From positions 10,292,001 through 10,356,000 of the forward strand of contig CATNEN010000007.1 in assembly GCA_950097015.1 (NCBI GenBank): 64,000 bases of DNA, written 5' to 3'. Below are positions 11,345-23,900 of this stretch, piece by piece (positions within the stretch are counted from its first letter, which is position 1; the number at the start of each line of letters is the position of its first letter). The stretch is from Macrostomum hystrix (taxonomy: Eukaryota > Animalia > Platyhelminthes). The position numbers and the translations under genes were made by a program. Below the pieces are notes generated by a model. That model was not told the origin of the DNA. It saw only the letters and a program-made list of their open reading frames with translations, and searched no databases.

Positions 11345-14300
11345 TCAGATCTTTCCCTTTCTGCGACGCTCGTCCAGCGACTTCATGATGTGCTTCATCT
11401 GCACATCAGTGAAGCTGAAGATGCCGATCATGGCCATCAGGTGCTGCTGATTCTGCTCGCGGTCCTTCTCGGTCAGGTAGTGGAACATCGAGTCTCGCAG
11501 AAACCTGCGGTGTTCAGCAATGTACTTTTAACTGTACAGATAATTCCTGTATTCCACTCTGACTGGGGGTGGCATCATTTTTTGTGGGACGTGAAGCTTA
11601 ATTTGATCTTCTCTGCCTTGTCTGATCAAAATTCAAGCCTTGGTCGGCGGATGAAGTCATTAAACTGTGTTGTTTTCTGTACACTGGAGTCTGTACAGTT
11701 ATTGTCATGTTTTTCCGCTTGGGTCTTTCTACTGCTAACTTGTTTTGTTCAGTTCTGTCAAGAGGAGCGTACCGTAGCTTAGCGTCCGCCTCTGTGGAGG
11801 CCTTGTCGCTGTCTTCGTAGGCCTCCTTCAGCTTGATTGACTGCCACTTTTGCAAGTCATGCTGCGTGATTTCCAGCTTCTCTAGCAGCTCCTCCATGGC
11901 CACTTTGTCCGGCTCCAGCACCGCGAGCTTCTCGATCTGATAGGGGAAGAGTTTAATGATTTTACGAATTTTGAATGCTTAAGCGCTTCTTAATGTAATA
12001 ACTAAGGCCGAGGCTATTTTTAGTGAGCAGACAAAACTCTCAATCTTTACTGCCACGCTGAGCGCGCGTCCATATATTATTTGCTAGAACTGGGGTGGCG
12101 ACACCCACCCCGCTCCGCAACCAATCAAACGACCCAGGTGTACACCTGGGCCTGGCTCACGTGCGTACGCACACTACATCTCTCCCCCTTCGAACAGAAA
12201 CTGTGGGGAGACAAAAAAGAACGAATTCGAGAAGCAAGATGTCGAAAAGAACGAAAAAGAACTCGACCGAAAAAAAAATATGCAGCTATTGGAGGAAATA
12301 AAACACTCGCATTGATAGTCGCATCGGACTTGCAAAGAAAAGCGTGCTTGTGATTGTTAATCTCAGTAGAAAAGTCAGTTCGTTTTCAGTCCTTGGTTTA
12401 GTCCTTGTAGATCTTCACGCCACCCCGTGCAGCGCGGGGGTGCGGGCGCAGCGCCACCGGGGATTCGGCCGGGTTCCGCGCCGCCTCGCCTGGAGTTTCT
12501 GGCGCGGCAGCCTGCGGCCTGGCACCAGCGTCGTCTGATTCTGGGGTGACGACCTTGACCGCCGTGCAATGCCGCCAGCAGGCCGCGCCGTCACGACGCA
12601 GCATCAGCGAGTTGCCGGCCACCCGCTGGACTGTCCAGGCGCCGCTCTCGAATGGCGTTTGCGTCTTGCTGGCACCGACTCGCCGTCGCAGCACCGAATC
12701 GCCGACCTGGATTTCGTGCCGCCGTGGCCGCCTCCTGGCGTCCGCTCGCTGCTTCATCGCGGCCTTGGCGCTCGCATCCATCTCTCGCAGCCGCTGCTCG
12801 TTGATGCGGACGCGCTGGGATGGCCGGGCGGCGGGGATGACATCATTTGGTCGCCGGCCCATCAGCAGCTCGGCTGGCGCGCGGCCCGTGGCTGTGTGCG
12901 GCGTGTTCCTGTAGGCCAGCAGCCACTCGTCCAGAGCAGCCCTCCAGTCGCGCCGCTCCTCGATTGCCGCCCGCACGACCTTGTTGATTGAGCGGTTCAG
13001 CCGCTCTGTCATGCCGTTGGCGGCTGGGTAGTAAGGCGTGATGAGGCGGTGCTTGATGCCGTAGCTTTCTAGGAAACGGCCAAACTCCTTGGATGAAAAT
13101 GGCGGCCCGTTGTCAGTAACGAGCTCCTGCGGGATGCCAAATCGCGCGAACATTTCTCGCAGGCGCGGGACCAGTGCCTCGGCCGTCGTTGTCTGCATGA
13201 GCTGCACCTCTGGGAATCTCGAGTATCTGTCCACGCACACCAGCAGCATGTTGTTGTTGATCGGGCCTACAAAGTCAGCCCCAATCGACAACCAGGCGCC
13301 CTTAGGGATAGGCGTCGGCTGTAGAGGCGTAGCCCGGACGGCTGGCGTGTGAGACGTGATGGCACAGCTGCGGCACCGACTGACGAACTCCTCCGCTTGT
13401 GTTGCCATTCTCGGCCACCAGACCTTGCTGCTGAGCCTTGCGGTCGTCTTCTGCGAGCACTGGTGTCCTTGGTGCGCCAGCTCGAGCATCTGCTGCCGTA
13501 GAGCTGCTGGCACGACAATCCGCTGATGCCGAAGAAGAACTCCGTCTACCGCCGACAGCTCCTCTCGCAGCGCGTGGAGTGACCGCATCTCAGCGCTAGA
13601 GCGGTCCCATTGGCCGCCTTGCATCGCTGCTATCGCTGCCCGGATAACTGGGTCGCTGGCTGAGCTCTTGCGGATGTCTTCGAGCGTGAGCGCCTTCGGG
13701 ACAGCCGCCTGCGCTACCTCGTTTATGTAGGCCTCTCTCAGCTGCTCGCTGGTCCTACGTCCTTCAGCGCTTAGAGGCTGCCTGCTGAGTATGTCTGCAG
13801 CATTGGATGCTCCTGGCTGGTATTCGACCTTGAATACCAGGTGCTGGATACGCAGCGCCATACGCTCGACTCGTGGAGGCGGCCGTGACCCTGGCGCATA
13901 CATGGCTGTCAGCGGCTTGTGGTCGGAGATCACCGTGAATTCGGGCGATCCATACAAGTAGTACTCAAACTTCAGGCAGCCGAACTTCACGGCGAGCGCC
14001 TCTTTTTCGGTCTGCGAATATCGCCGCTCTACGTCGGAGAGGGTCCGGCTCGCGTATGCGACTGGCCGCGAACTGCCGTCGTGCTGTACTTGCGCCAGGA
14101 TTGCGCCGAGTCCGGTTGGTCCCGCGTCCACAATCAGCTGTGTCCGTAGCCGCTTGTCGTAGAATGCCAGCGTTGTCGGCTCCGCAATGCTGCGCTTTAG
14201 CTGCGCAAAGGCGCTGGCCTGGTCGGCGCCCCACTGCCAGTCGGTGTTCTTCCGGGTCAGGCGTCGCAGCGGCTCCGCCACCTTGGCCAGCTGTGGCGTG

Positions 14301-17300
14301 AATACTGCGAGATAATTCACGAGGCCCAAGAACGATCGAAGTTGGCTTATCGTCTCTGGCTCCTTGAATTCTTGAACGGCGGCGACCTTGCTTTCTGTGG
14401 CTTGGACTCCTTCGGCCGTCAGTCGCATTCCCATAAACTCAATGCTGCTGCGTGCCAACCTGCATTTTCGAGCATTTAGCGTGATGCCGTGTTGCGCCAG
14501 GCGGGCCAGGCAGGCCTCGAGGCTGCTGTTGTGCTCCGCCATCGTGCGGCCGAACACGACCACGTCGTCGTGGATCCATTTTACGTTGGGCAGGCCTGCC
14601 AGCACTCTGCACATCACGCTCTGTAGGATCTCCTGTGAGGTGGACAGGCCCATGCACAGCCGAGTGAGACGCCGAAGTCCTCGGGGTGTCGAGAATGTCA
14701 GCAGATTGCGGCATTCTTCTGCTACAGGCACCTGGTAGAACGCCTTCGCGATGTCCAGTTCCGAGAAGACGGTGCTGCCGGCCATGTCTCCCGTCACCTC
14801 TTCAAAAGTCGGAATCTGGTGACGCTCGCGGATGACATAGCGATTGACATCGCGGAGGTCCTGTGTGATCCGCACTTCGCCTGGCTCCTTCTTGGGCACA
14901 ACGACCATCCGCGCGACCCACGGAACTGGTCCGTCGACGGGCTCGATGATTCCGAGCTGCTCCAGTAGCTGCAGCTCCTTGTCCACTGCCTCGGCCAGGT
15001 GAATCGGTACCTTAGACGGTGCGTGACAAACCGGTCGGGCGTTGTCGGTCAGGTGGATGCTGACTGGCGGCCCGGTGAAGCAGCCGATGCCGCTGAGCAC
15101 GCTGGAGTACTTGCGCAGTATCCTGCCGATGCTCTCAAGGGCATCTTGCGGCATTCCACTGGATCTCGTGTTGCCGAGGAGGCTGTCGACAGCCGCCTCC
15201 GCTTCCGCGACCTGCAGCACCTGATGATCGACCGTCGGTGGTGGTCCGATCCGCAGGATTTCCATTTGAGTGGCCGTCTGCCTGCCGATGATGGTGATGC
15301 CTCTGCCGTCGACAACGTGAAATGTGGCGACCGCCCGTCGGCCGAATAAGCGGATGGACATCGCCGCCTTGCCGATGAGTTGCATCGGCCGGTCCGAGCC
15401 GTACGCGAACAACCTGTCAGAGGCTGCTTGCAGACGCGGCCGCTGTTTAAGGCTCTCAAACGTTGCGCGGTTGATCACATTGCGAGCCGCCCCGCTGTCG
15501 ATCAGCACTGACAGTCTGGTGCCGTTGATCTCAGCTACTGTGTGGGCGGATTGCTGCTCCTGGTCGACCTTGAATATGCCAGTGTCCGGGTCGTCCACCT
15601 TCTCGTAGCTGGTCTCACCTTGCAGCATCGCGACAGCATTCGAATTGCTTTGGGGCGCCTCCTGCCTGGACCTGCAAGCTCGGGCGAAGTGGCCTGGCTT
15701 TCCGCACTTTCTGCAGCTCTTGCCTTGCGCCGCGGCGCACGTGGAGTGCCCTGGCCTGCCGCACCGATTGCAGCGCACCTGCGGCCCTGGTGGCTGCTCG
15801 GCTCTCCGGATGGCTGCGAGTTGCTGCTGCGGCTCACCTGGCCTGCCGTTCTCCATCGCGCTGGCCTGCTGCTCCGCCGCTTCTTTGGCTCTCGCCTTCC
15901 TCAGCACATCTGTCAGGGTGATGTCTTTGCTCTGTAGGAAGTCTCTCCTCAGCCTCTCGGAGTCACAGTAGGCGACGATTTTGTCTCGGATCAGCGAGTC
16001 CTTGATCGCTCCAAACTCGCACGGCTCCGCCGCCTTGCGCAGGCGCTGGTACCACTGGTCGATTGTCTCGCCTTGCTGTTGTCTGCAGGTCTCGAACTTG
16101 AAGCGGAGGAACACGATGCTGTTCTTGCCGTCCCAGAATTCCTGGATATTCTTTGCGAGGCTGCTGTAGTCTTCCCCAGCGTCAATTTCATTCTCTTCGA
16201 CGATGGTCTGCAGCTCCTCTCCCGCGGCGTACAACAGCAGGTGCTGCCCTCGCTTTGCGTCATGGATCCCAGCTGCGTTAATGTATGTGGCGAACCGGCG
16301 AGCCCATGCAGTCCAGCGCTGTGCAGTTGAGTGGCAATCGCTATCGATAACAAACTGGCCGGGAGGCGCGAGAGAAATTTGCTCAGTCATGGTGCACTAG
16401 GGGTTCGGTGCTTGCGATGCCATTGTAATAACTAAGGCCGAGGCTATTTTTAGTGAGCAGACAAAACTCTCAATCTTTACTGCCACGCTGAGCGCGCGTC
16501 CATATATTATTTGCTAGAACTGGGGTGGCGACACCCACCCCGCTCCGCAACCAATCAAACGACCCAGGTGTACACCTGGGCCTGGCTCACGTGCGTACGC
16601 ACACTACACTTAAGAAGAGCCACAGCTCTTCTAAAGGCACTGTACAGTCCTTGGAATGCTGATGTTGCTACCCATTTTGCAGCTGTGCGAACTACACAAA
16701 ATGCTGTGCTGAGATTCGCACTCCCGACGTTTCAGTCAGAAGTCCAAAGCTTTGAACAGTGGGCTATATATACGCTCCCTTAATATCAGCAATATCATCA
16801 ATGGGACTATATCTGACCTCGTCCTGGCGCTCAAATCTGGCGGAGTCGCGGCCCTTCCGGTACATTTCCAGGTACAAATCCTGGTGACGGCGTTCCCTCT
16901 CCGCGCACTCCGCATTCAGCTGCTCCAGGGTCTCAGCTAGACTCTTCTCTCTGGAACACATCTCGCTGTGCTGGGCGCGCAGGCTGGAGAAGTCGCTCTC
17001 CAGCTGGTTGATCTGCACCTGCAGGCACGCGATCCTCTCCTCTCGATCCTTCACTGCGTCCTCGATGCTCTTGGTTTTCTCGTGGTGGAAAACGTCGAGC
17101 TCGAGCTCGCGCTGCTCGATGACGAAATAGGCCTCGTCGAGCTGCCGTTTGAGTTCTTTGACTTCGAGGTCCTTGCGCTGCAGCGGGGTCATGTACTGCG
17201 ATTCGTCCTGCAGGCCCAGCAGCTTCACCGCGTCCTCGTGGAGCTTCTCGAGCCGCTTGCGGCTGGCCAAGGTCTGCTTGACCGAGATCGACTTGATGAG

Positions 17301-20300
17301 GCTGCGGTCTGTACGATGACAGGAAATTCATGTTTCAATAGAACCCAGTCAGCGTGCTTCGGGTGAACAAATGCAATCAAAGAGCGTGGAACGCAGTAAG
17401 CTTTAGAAAAAGGCCTTCTTAGGTCAAAGAAACAAGCAAACTACATCGGTAGGCAGGTTTGTGCTGAATTTCGGTGTCAGGATTGGGTTGTGTAAAACTC
17501 AAAAAAATTTAGCAGCGTTGCCTACAGCGTGGCAGTCGAGCGTGAGAAGTAAAAAGAAAATGTTTACCATTTTGTGTGCCCCGAAAAGCAATGCAGAATG
17601 TTGGAATCATCAGTCGCCTACCTTTGGAATTCGTACTTCCATTGTCCAAGGATACTTTGATCCAGGACTTGGCGCAGTTGTAAATGGGGGATTTGGCTAC
17701 AATTGTCTCTGAAGCTGCTGTGAGAAGGGGCAGAATGGTGTGCTCATCTTTCGGTATTGACTTTGCATCCTGACCAGCTGTGATTCGAAAAAGTCAGGAA
17801 GATTACAGCATGCACTCACGTAGAATTTCCGATTCACTGCATTCTTTTTCTAAAACGAGACAAGAAAAGGAATAAAGAATATGAAATCTATGTTTTCACA
17901 AATACAGTATTTACGGCGAAAACATAAGTTCCAGTCCTTCTACTTTCAGTTGTCCTTGGCAGAATCCAGCCACCAGAGCTTCTGGTAAAAAAATAGAGAA
18001 AAGTTGTTGCACTCATTGCAGAGACTCACCTTGCTGTGCAGCCAGTTTCTCAGTATCAGCAGGTTTCTGTCTGGCCGTTCGGACGCTCGCGGCCAGCCTT
18101 GCCTTCTGCTGCTGATGCTGCATCATCTCCTCGCTGTCCCTGTGCTTCATCGCATCGCCGTCGACAGTGGTGTAAGTGACAACTTGGTCCACAGTTAGCG
18201 AGTTGAAGTGGACTTTCTTGCTGCCTTTCTTGCTGCTAGGCTGGCTCAGCTTGCAATCGTTGGTTGCTCCCGGCTGTGGGCCGGCAGTCGGCTCTTCACC
18301 CTGCGTTTCTTGGCTTACCCGGCTTAGCGGCTTGAAATCGATTTTAACTGGGCTGTAACCTGACTCGATCAAGTGACTGATCGGCTTCTTGGCCGCTGAG
18401 CCGGAGCGAATGTACGTTGAATACTCCTCCACTGTACGGCGTGGGCAAGAGGCACTACGCTTCACTGGCAGGCGCGACTTCATTCTCGACCTGCCCCCCT
18501 CTGTGCAGCCCTCCGCGCAGGAGTTATTCTCGTGGGAGTGCCGTCTTGGGCCCAGCCCATCGACAATGTCCTTGTCCTTCACCGGGGATTCGGGCACTGG
18601 AGACTCGTGCTTGAACTCCTCAGCGGAAGTCAGGCAGGACAGAGCATCTTCCTGCTGCCTCCTTGCGGCCTCGAGCTCTCTTTGCCGCCGGGCCTTTGCC
18701 TCCAGGATCTGCCGCCGCCTGACGGACTGGTTCGAACTGAGGTCCAGCTCGACCGGTTCCATCTCTTCGTCATCCTCATCCTCCAGGCTCTCTGAAACCC
18801 TGCCGAACTCATGCTTGGTAACAGGCTTCTCCTCCGAGCTTCTTGACCTGTCCTGACTGTTCGATTCGATGAGGGAGTCGAGTTTCACATTGATGTCACC
18901 AAGATCGACCATGCTGTCTTCCACGCTCACTTCCGCCTTTTCAAAGGAAGCCAGCTCCTCGTCGCTGGGGCTGATGAGTGCATCGCTCTTAAGCGCTAGC
19001 TTGTTGTTCTGCGAGTCCTCGATATCCTTGGAAAACACGTCGCTGCCGCCGCTGCTGCCTTCCACCTCGTCGTTGTGCGTCTGCGGCTTCTCTGATTTCT
19101 CGGCCTCAGCTTCAGCCACTGTCGAATCGCTCGTGGAATATCCATAGCCACTATCGGACTCGGAGATTTGATTCTGAAGCATGACAACTCGGCTGGGCTT
19201 GCCTTCAGACTCGCACTTGCCTTCGCTTGCCTCCCTTGCCTGGTGAAAATCCTTCCGCTCTCCAAACACTTTCTCTAGCGCTGTCTTGTGCAACGGCTTC
19301 TGACTGTCGTAGTCAGCCAAGTCTATGTCGGACTCTAATTGGACAAGATCTGCTTCCGTCAAAAGCCCCCCGTCCTGGGCCTTGACAGCCTCCTCAGTCT
19401 CCTCCATGATGGTCGAGATCCCACCTCGGCTCATGTCATACTCCATTTTCTTTTTCTCCTTGACCTCGTCTTCAGATTTCTCCAGCGAGTCTTCTGGGCT
19501 TTCTGTCGCCTCTGATTTCTCGTCCTCTTTTTTCTCCTCCACGTGGACTGTTTCCTCTGGCGGAGTCTCAGCGAGTTCTCCTGCAGCTGGGTCGCTTGAT
19601 TCGCCTGTCGTCTCCTCGACAGCCAGCGACGTTGGAGGTTGGAGGTCGAGTGACTCAAGCAGTTCCAGCTGTCCTGTAATCTGATCCTGTGCGTCTGCAG
19701 GATTATAATCCTCTGTCTCGGGAACGATAAGGTCCAGACTAACGGCCTCGGCTGGGGGTAACGGCAGCTCGCTCTCGGCCAGCAGTTGGGCTCCCTCGGT
19801 TGCGCTGCTGGGACTGGCTGGCTGCTCCTGCCTGCGCCTGCTGAATGTGATCCTAGAAAATAGTTGATTAGTAGTCTGTTCCCGTTGGCCCAATGATCTG
19901 TTCGGCTCGGAAGCGAATCAATATTTCAGGACAGAGCATGCACACTTGTATGTAGGCAGGATATTGCAGCAGAGAGTGCGCGGACCGGGCCGCTGTCTCC
20001 ATGGCCGGGCTCGCGTCACACCTGCCGTTCCTGCCTTCCCTGGCAATATACACTCGTATGCTTTTCCCCACACAACATTCTCCTCCTCCCGATTTTCGCT
20101 CTCGATTAACACAAACGGAGCTCAACTGCCTGACTTAGCCCGTGCAACAAGTCCAACTGTCTTGCGTCCAATTTGCCCAAGCTCTGTCCACACACAACTC
20201 TCTGAAATCGGTTGTGCCCTCAGGTTGAGCAAACGCTTACCAAAATAAGCAAGCAATGCAGCTTTTACTCTGCCTTTATGATTTTTAGGGTCTGAGAGCC

Positions 20301-20941
20301 TCTGGCTGTCGGACATTAATTCTAACCTCGACAGTTTAATTAGTTTAAATTAATTGAATAACATATTTCGTTTCTACTGACGCTACTATAAGTAGGATCT
20401 GTGGAGTTGACTTACATATATTTTCAGAGGTTCTGAGGTTTGAGGTCTATTACACCCTACTAGTAGTAGGCAAAACGCGAAAAAAAATTAAACATAACAT
20501 TTTCACGCACATGCCTTTAGTCGCGTATCGCATAGCAAGTATGATCATGACAATAATTTTTTTCTCTACCGATTTCTACGTTTCGTGTTTTTTGCGACAA
20601 TAATAAAGAGCAAACTAAAACATAGCTCACAGTTTGCCGATGTTGCCAAACAGACTTCGGTACCGGCGCCGCTTTGCAGCCGGAGTTGCCAGTCCCGTCC
20701 CCGTGCTGTCAGAAACAGCAGCAACTGGTCCAGGGGCGGAATCTGTCTCCACCAACGATGCCGCGGCTTCTAACGGAGCCTCCGACGGCGCTGATGGAGA
20801 CGTAGGCGACAATAATGGCACTTCACCATTGTGTAGCGGGGCGCCAACTGTGCCATCCGTAATTGTCTCCTCGAGGGCCTCAGGCTGCTGAAGGTCGGTG
20901 ACGTGCTCCATGGCGCTCTCCTCATCAATTGTTGCATCCAT
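11345..20941 (-). CDS. Quick-to-court-like coiled-coil protein with C-terminal GRIP-like domain and long acidic disordered N-terminus; exons 20941-20631, 19852-18030, (17849-17820 possible), 17308-16818, 11936-11773, 11504-11345; about 980 aa
   Basis: All junctions are GT-AG and phase compatible (2,1,0,2). Coiled coil with QDLYLEMYRKGRDSARFE; last exon RFLRDSMFHYLTEKDREQNQQHLMAMIGIFSF resembles GRIP/qtc C-termini. Confidence 0.75.
11994..12178 (-). repeat. 3' LTR
   Basis: Identical to 16424-16608 by eye. Confidence 0.97.
12398..16390 (-). CDS. Single-ORF Gag-Pol polyprotein (Gag knuckles, protease, RT, RNase H, integrase), 1330 aa
   Basis: CRKCGKPGHFARAC knuckle, LIDSGA protease, RT WIHDD, RNase H IVDAGPTGLGA...YSQTEKEALA, integrase HQGH..CRSC, VTDNGPPF, NGMTERLN; order PR-RT-RH-IN. 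Confidence 0.97.
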   Translation of the reverse strand: MTEQISLAPPGQFVIDSDCHSTAQRWTAWARRFATYINAAGIHDAKRGQHLLLYAAGEELQTIVEENEIDAGEDYSSLAKNIQEFWDGKNSIVFLRFKFETCRQQQGETIDQWYQRLRKAAEPCEFGAIKDSLIRDKIVAYCDSERLRRDFLQSKDITLTDVLRKARAKEAAEQQASAMENGRPGEPQQQLAAIRRAEQPPGPQVRCNRCGRPGHSTCAAAQGKSCRKCGKPGHFARACRSRQEAPQSNSNAVAMLQGETSYEKVDDPDTGIFKVDQEQQSAHTVAEINGTRLSVLIDSGAARNVINRATFESLKQRPRLQAASDRLFAYGSDRPMQLIGKAAMSIRLFGRRAVATFHVVDGRGITIIGRQTATQMEILRIGPPPTVDHQVLQVAEAEAAVDSLLGNTRSSGMPQDALESIGRILRKYSSVLSGIGCFTGPPVSIHLTDNARPVCHAPSKVPIHLAEAVDKELQLLEQLGIIEPVDGPVPWVARMVVVPKKEPGEVRITQDLRDVNRYVIRERHQIPTFEEVTGDMAGSTVFSELDIAKAFYQVPVAEECRNLLTFSTPRGLRRLTRLCMGLSTSQEILQSVMCRVLAGLPNVKWIHDDVVVFGRTMAEHNSSLEACLARLAQHGITLNARKCRLARSSIEFMGMRLTAEGVQATESKVAAVQEFKEPETISQLRSFLGLVNYLAVFTPQLAKVAEPLRRLTRKNTDWQWGADQASAFAQLKRSIAEPTTLAFYDKRLRTQLIVDAGPTGLGAILAQVQHDGSSRPVAYASRTLSDVERRYSQTEKEALAVKFGCLKFEYYLYGSPEFTVISDHKPLTAMYAPGSRPPPRVERMALRIQHLVFKVEYQPGASNAADILSRQPLSAEGRRTSEQLREAYINEVAQAAVPKALTLEDIRKSSASDPVIRAAIAAMQGGQWDRSSAEMRSLHALREELSAVDGVLLRHQRIVVPAALRQQMLELAHQGHQCSQKTTARLSSKVWWPRMATQAEEFVSRCRSCAITSHTPAVRATPLQPTPIPKGAWLSIGADFVGPINNNMLLVCVDRYSRFPEVQLMQTTTAEALVPRLREMFARFGIPQELVTDNGPPFSSKEFGRFLESYGIKHRLITPYYPAANGMTERLNRSINKVVRAAIEERRDWRAALDEWLLAYRNTPHTATGRAPAELLMGRRPNDVIPAARPSQRVRINEQRLREMDASAKAAMKQRADARRRPRRHEIQVGDSVLRRRVGASKTQTPFESGAWTVQRVAGNSLMLRRDGAACWRHCTAVKVVTPESDDAGARPQAAAPETPGEAARNPAESPVALRPHPRAARGGVKIYKD
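16424..16608 (-). repeat. 5' LTR
   Basis: Identical to 11994-12178 by eye. Confidence 0.97.
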
Positions 20942-23900
20942 TGCAAATCAGCCGTGAGTTTTGCCAAAGCGGCTGCTGTGGCGCACTGTGCGCATTTAGA
21001 AAAACAAAACTCAATGCGGAATCGGCAGGATCGGGATCAGCAGACGGCAAAGTCGCTGGCGCTGTTAGCTCCGGGTGCTAGATTGAGCTGAATGGGCCAA
21101 TAGCGAAAAGCCACCTGCCGGTTGCGCCACTTTTATTCAGTGGCCTCGTACCGACCCCAACCTTCCAGCCCCCGTCCAGGAGGAGAGAGGGGCGAAGAGC
21201 GCCCATTCGTCGATTCTTTCTAAGAAGCCTCTGCCACCAGCCCCTGCGTTGAGCCACTATTTGGTTGCTGGAGTTAGCTAGTAGGGTCCCTGATATTATT
21301 GCCTTTCTATTGCAGTCTTGCGGGCATGGAGCACCCGTGCTGCGAGAGAAGAAACAACTCACTAAAGTCAGCTCAAGATTGCTCAAGCTCACGATCTGGC
21401 CTGGACAACTGAAGCCGGACGGAGCTTGTGGCCGGGCGGCGGCTCGCATCGATCGATCAGTGGCAGCTAGGCGGGCCGCGGCTCTGAAAGCGGCGTATAA
21501 TATTGTTGACGCTCCCGCCTTGTCCCTTAGTGTTTCTTTCCACACTGCCGAATCCAGTCGGCTCATTCAGCGCGCGGGCACGCAGACTTGAGCAAAGTAG
21601 CGAACGCGGAGATCAGCCTGAGCAGCCTGAACTCTACCCAGCCCGTGGCACCGGTGCATTGTTCTCCAAGGCAGGGCAGTTAGGGAGGATGAGTGGCTTG
21701 TCATGGCTCGCGAGCCAGTTTAATCCACACAAGAGCACAATCGTACTGAAGCAGTGTAATCACAAGCAATAGCATTGTGGCGCCTTTTCCAGCTGCGTTC
21801 CACTCGCTCAATTTAAACTGAGCGGTGCTGCACGCGGTTTATAATTGTATGTGAGGGACATTGAAGAAATAGCTATGCCATAGCAGTGCCGATACTGAGG
21901 TGCCACGGCCAGCCCGACTGCAGCCTGACTGCCGCCGCACACCCGATCGAGCGGGCAGCGATCGACTGCTTCCGTTTTGCAGTTTGCACCGACTACAGAA
22001 TTGTCACGCACGAGGATACTTCTAGGCTAGCCAGCATTTTTGAATTAGCAATAGTTCTTTTTTTACCGCATAACCAATATTAAACTCTACAGCATGTTTT
22101 TTAGACAGCTTGTAAATACAGCTAATTTTATGAAGATTTACCCGAAAGCAAAATTCAGAATTCAATTCAACAGAATTCAATTATATAATTATTACTTTTG
22201 TTTTAGACGTTTCAACGCCTGTTACAATTTGGTGGCTTCCCAATGAGCTAGATTTCAAAAGGGAGTAGTTAAAACCCCTCAGTACAACTATGATGGCTAT
22301 ATAGTTGTTCTATGTATTGTATAGAGCACATTTTATGGATGATAACGCTCTCCTGTCTTTAATGGTTCGTCTCCTCAAATTGAATTGGAGAAATTAAAAC
22401 TGTATTTCAGTGAAATCTAATCGTGGTTCCGGGGGTTTCTAAAATGATCCTAACCGGATTTTTAAACTGCACCCATGCAGATGTGTTCGCATTTTTTCAG
22501 GCACACGTTGTTAATGCAGTTCATAAAGTTTATGAATTTCTCATGGAAAAATTATAGGCGACAGCTAGGCAACCGTACGAAATTGCGGGAAACCAAAAAA
22601 ATATACTGAATATAGAGACCTGTGTTATAGAGACTGCGCGGTTCCGAATGCCGAGATTCCGTACATTGAAGCAGTGAACCTAGTCCCACTGTCATGGATA
22701 AATCATGCATGACTGACCCGACCAAGGAAACTGTTAAAAGCATGCTTAATAATCCAAGGCAAAATATTTTTCAACTTGCTACAATTAAGTACAAAAGTTA
22801 TTTAACAGAAGAAATTTGAGTACTCAAATGCGTATTGAGAAATCGGAATGCTTTACTAACAATGATAAATCAGTATACAAATGGATATTCTACAAATGGA
22901 TAAATTATATCATGCATGCATGGTCTACTGAATACATGGATATATGCACGGAAGCACATATATGCAGGAATGCAGCATTGTATATTCATGACAAAATTTA
23001 TTTAATACGATTTTCGTGTTTCTAAAAAAATAATTGTTGTTTTACTTGCATCGCTTAATTTTTCCATAACAGCCGGTCACCTAGGTACTGGCATTTATAG
23101 GTGCGCAATTAAAGTTACAAAGTCCATTATTTGCATAAGCATTGTGTACTAGAGCAAAAGCTTGTTAATTTCTTTAAAATAATCGAATAACAACTAACCG
23201 AGTATTGCCTTCAGATAGGCATTTAATTTCAAGTTTCTTAAACTTTTAATTTACTCGTTGTTAACGAGCTTCTGATCTTTCAAACGAAGTGGCGGTTAGC
23301 ATTTTTCGACATAAACAAAACTTTAGAATTACTGATCCAGACATGCCAGCGAATTGCCTTGTAATAAATATGATAATTGTGAGATGCCCAGCAGCTATTT
23401 TACAAACAGCATAGTCTTCTAAAATATTATTTAGCACCAATTAGTGCAAGACTTTTTGTTTTAATATTGAAGTGCATATTAACTACTTTAATTATCATAT
23501 TGTACCAAAATTTTGCTAACACGAAATGTAAAGATTAACGGACTATTTCTTATTTTAGCGTGCTCACCATTTTTTCCATATATCTCCTATGCTGCAATTT
23601 AATAGGCACGGTATTTTTACTGCATCTTTTCAAAACTGCTTTTTCGACTCTATGTTGAAATATCAACTTTACTGCTGAATCTAAACTTTTTCGATTTTAA
23701 CTGTCTCATAGCGCTAGTTTATTTCGATAAAATATTTTAGACCTAGAAAATAAAAAACAATATATTTGGAATTTGTTAAGGAATGTAGGCCTTTGCTCTG
23801 GAATAAACAAGTTTTAATTAATAATACTTCATATTTTCAGAATTAGCATAACCAATAGCTCATAAGAAACAATTTTGTTCTAGCCTTACCACTACACAGA

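Larger units (their letters stand above)
11994..16608 (-). mobile_element. Full-length Ty3/Gypsy (Mag-like) LTR retrotransposon in the intron 16817-11937 of the GRIP gene
   Basis: Identical 185-bp LTRs TGT...ACA (11994-12178, 16424-16608); 5-bp TSD CTTAA (11989-11993, 16609-16613); PBS-like TGGCATCGCAAGCA after the 5' LTR; polypurine tract GAAGGGGGAGAGA before the 3' LTR. Confidence 0.97.

Noticed and set aside
21050-22030. GC-rich block with several short ORFs between the GRIP gene start and zinc-finger copy B
   Set aside because: No recognisable domain, consistent splice model or terminal repeats; may be a promoter or decayed repeat
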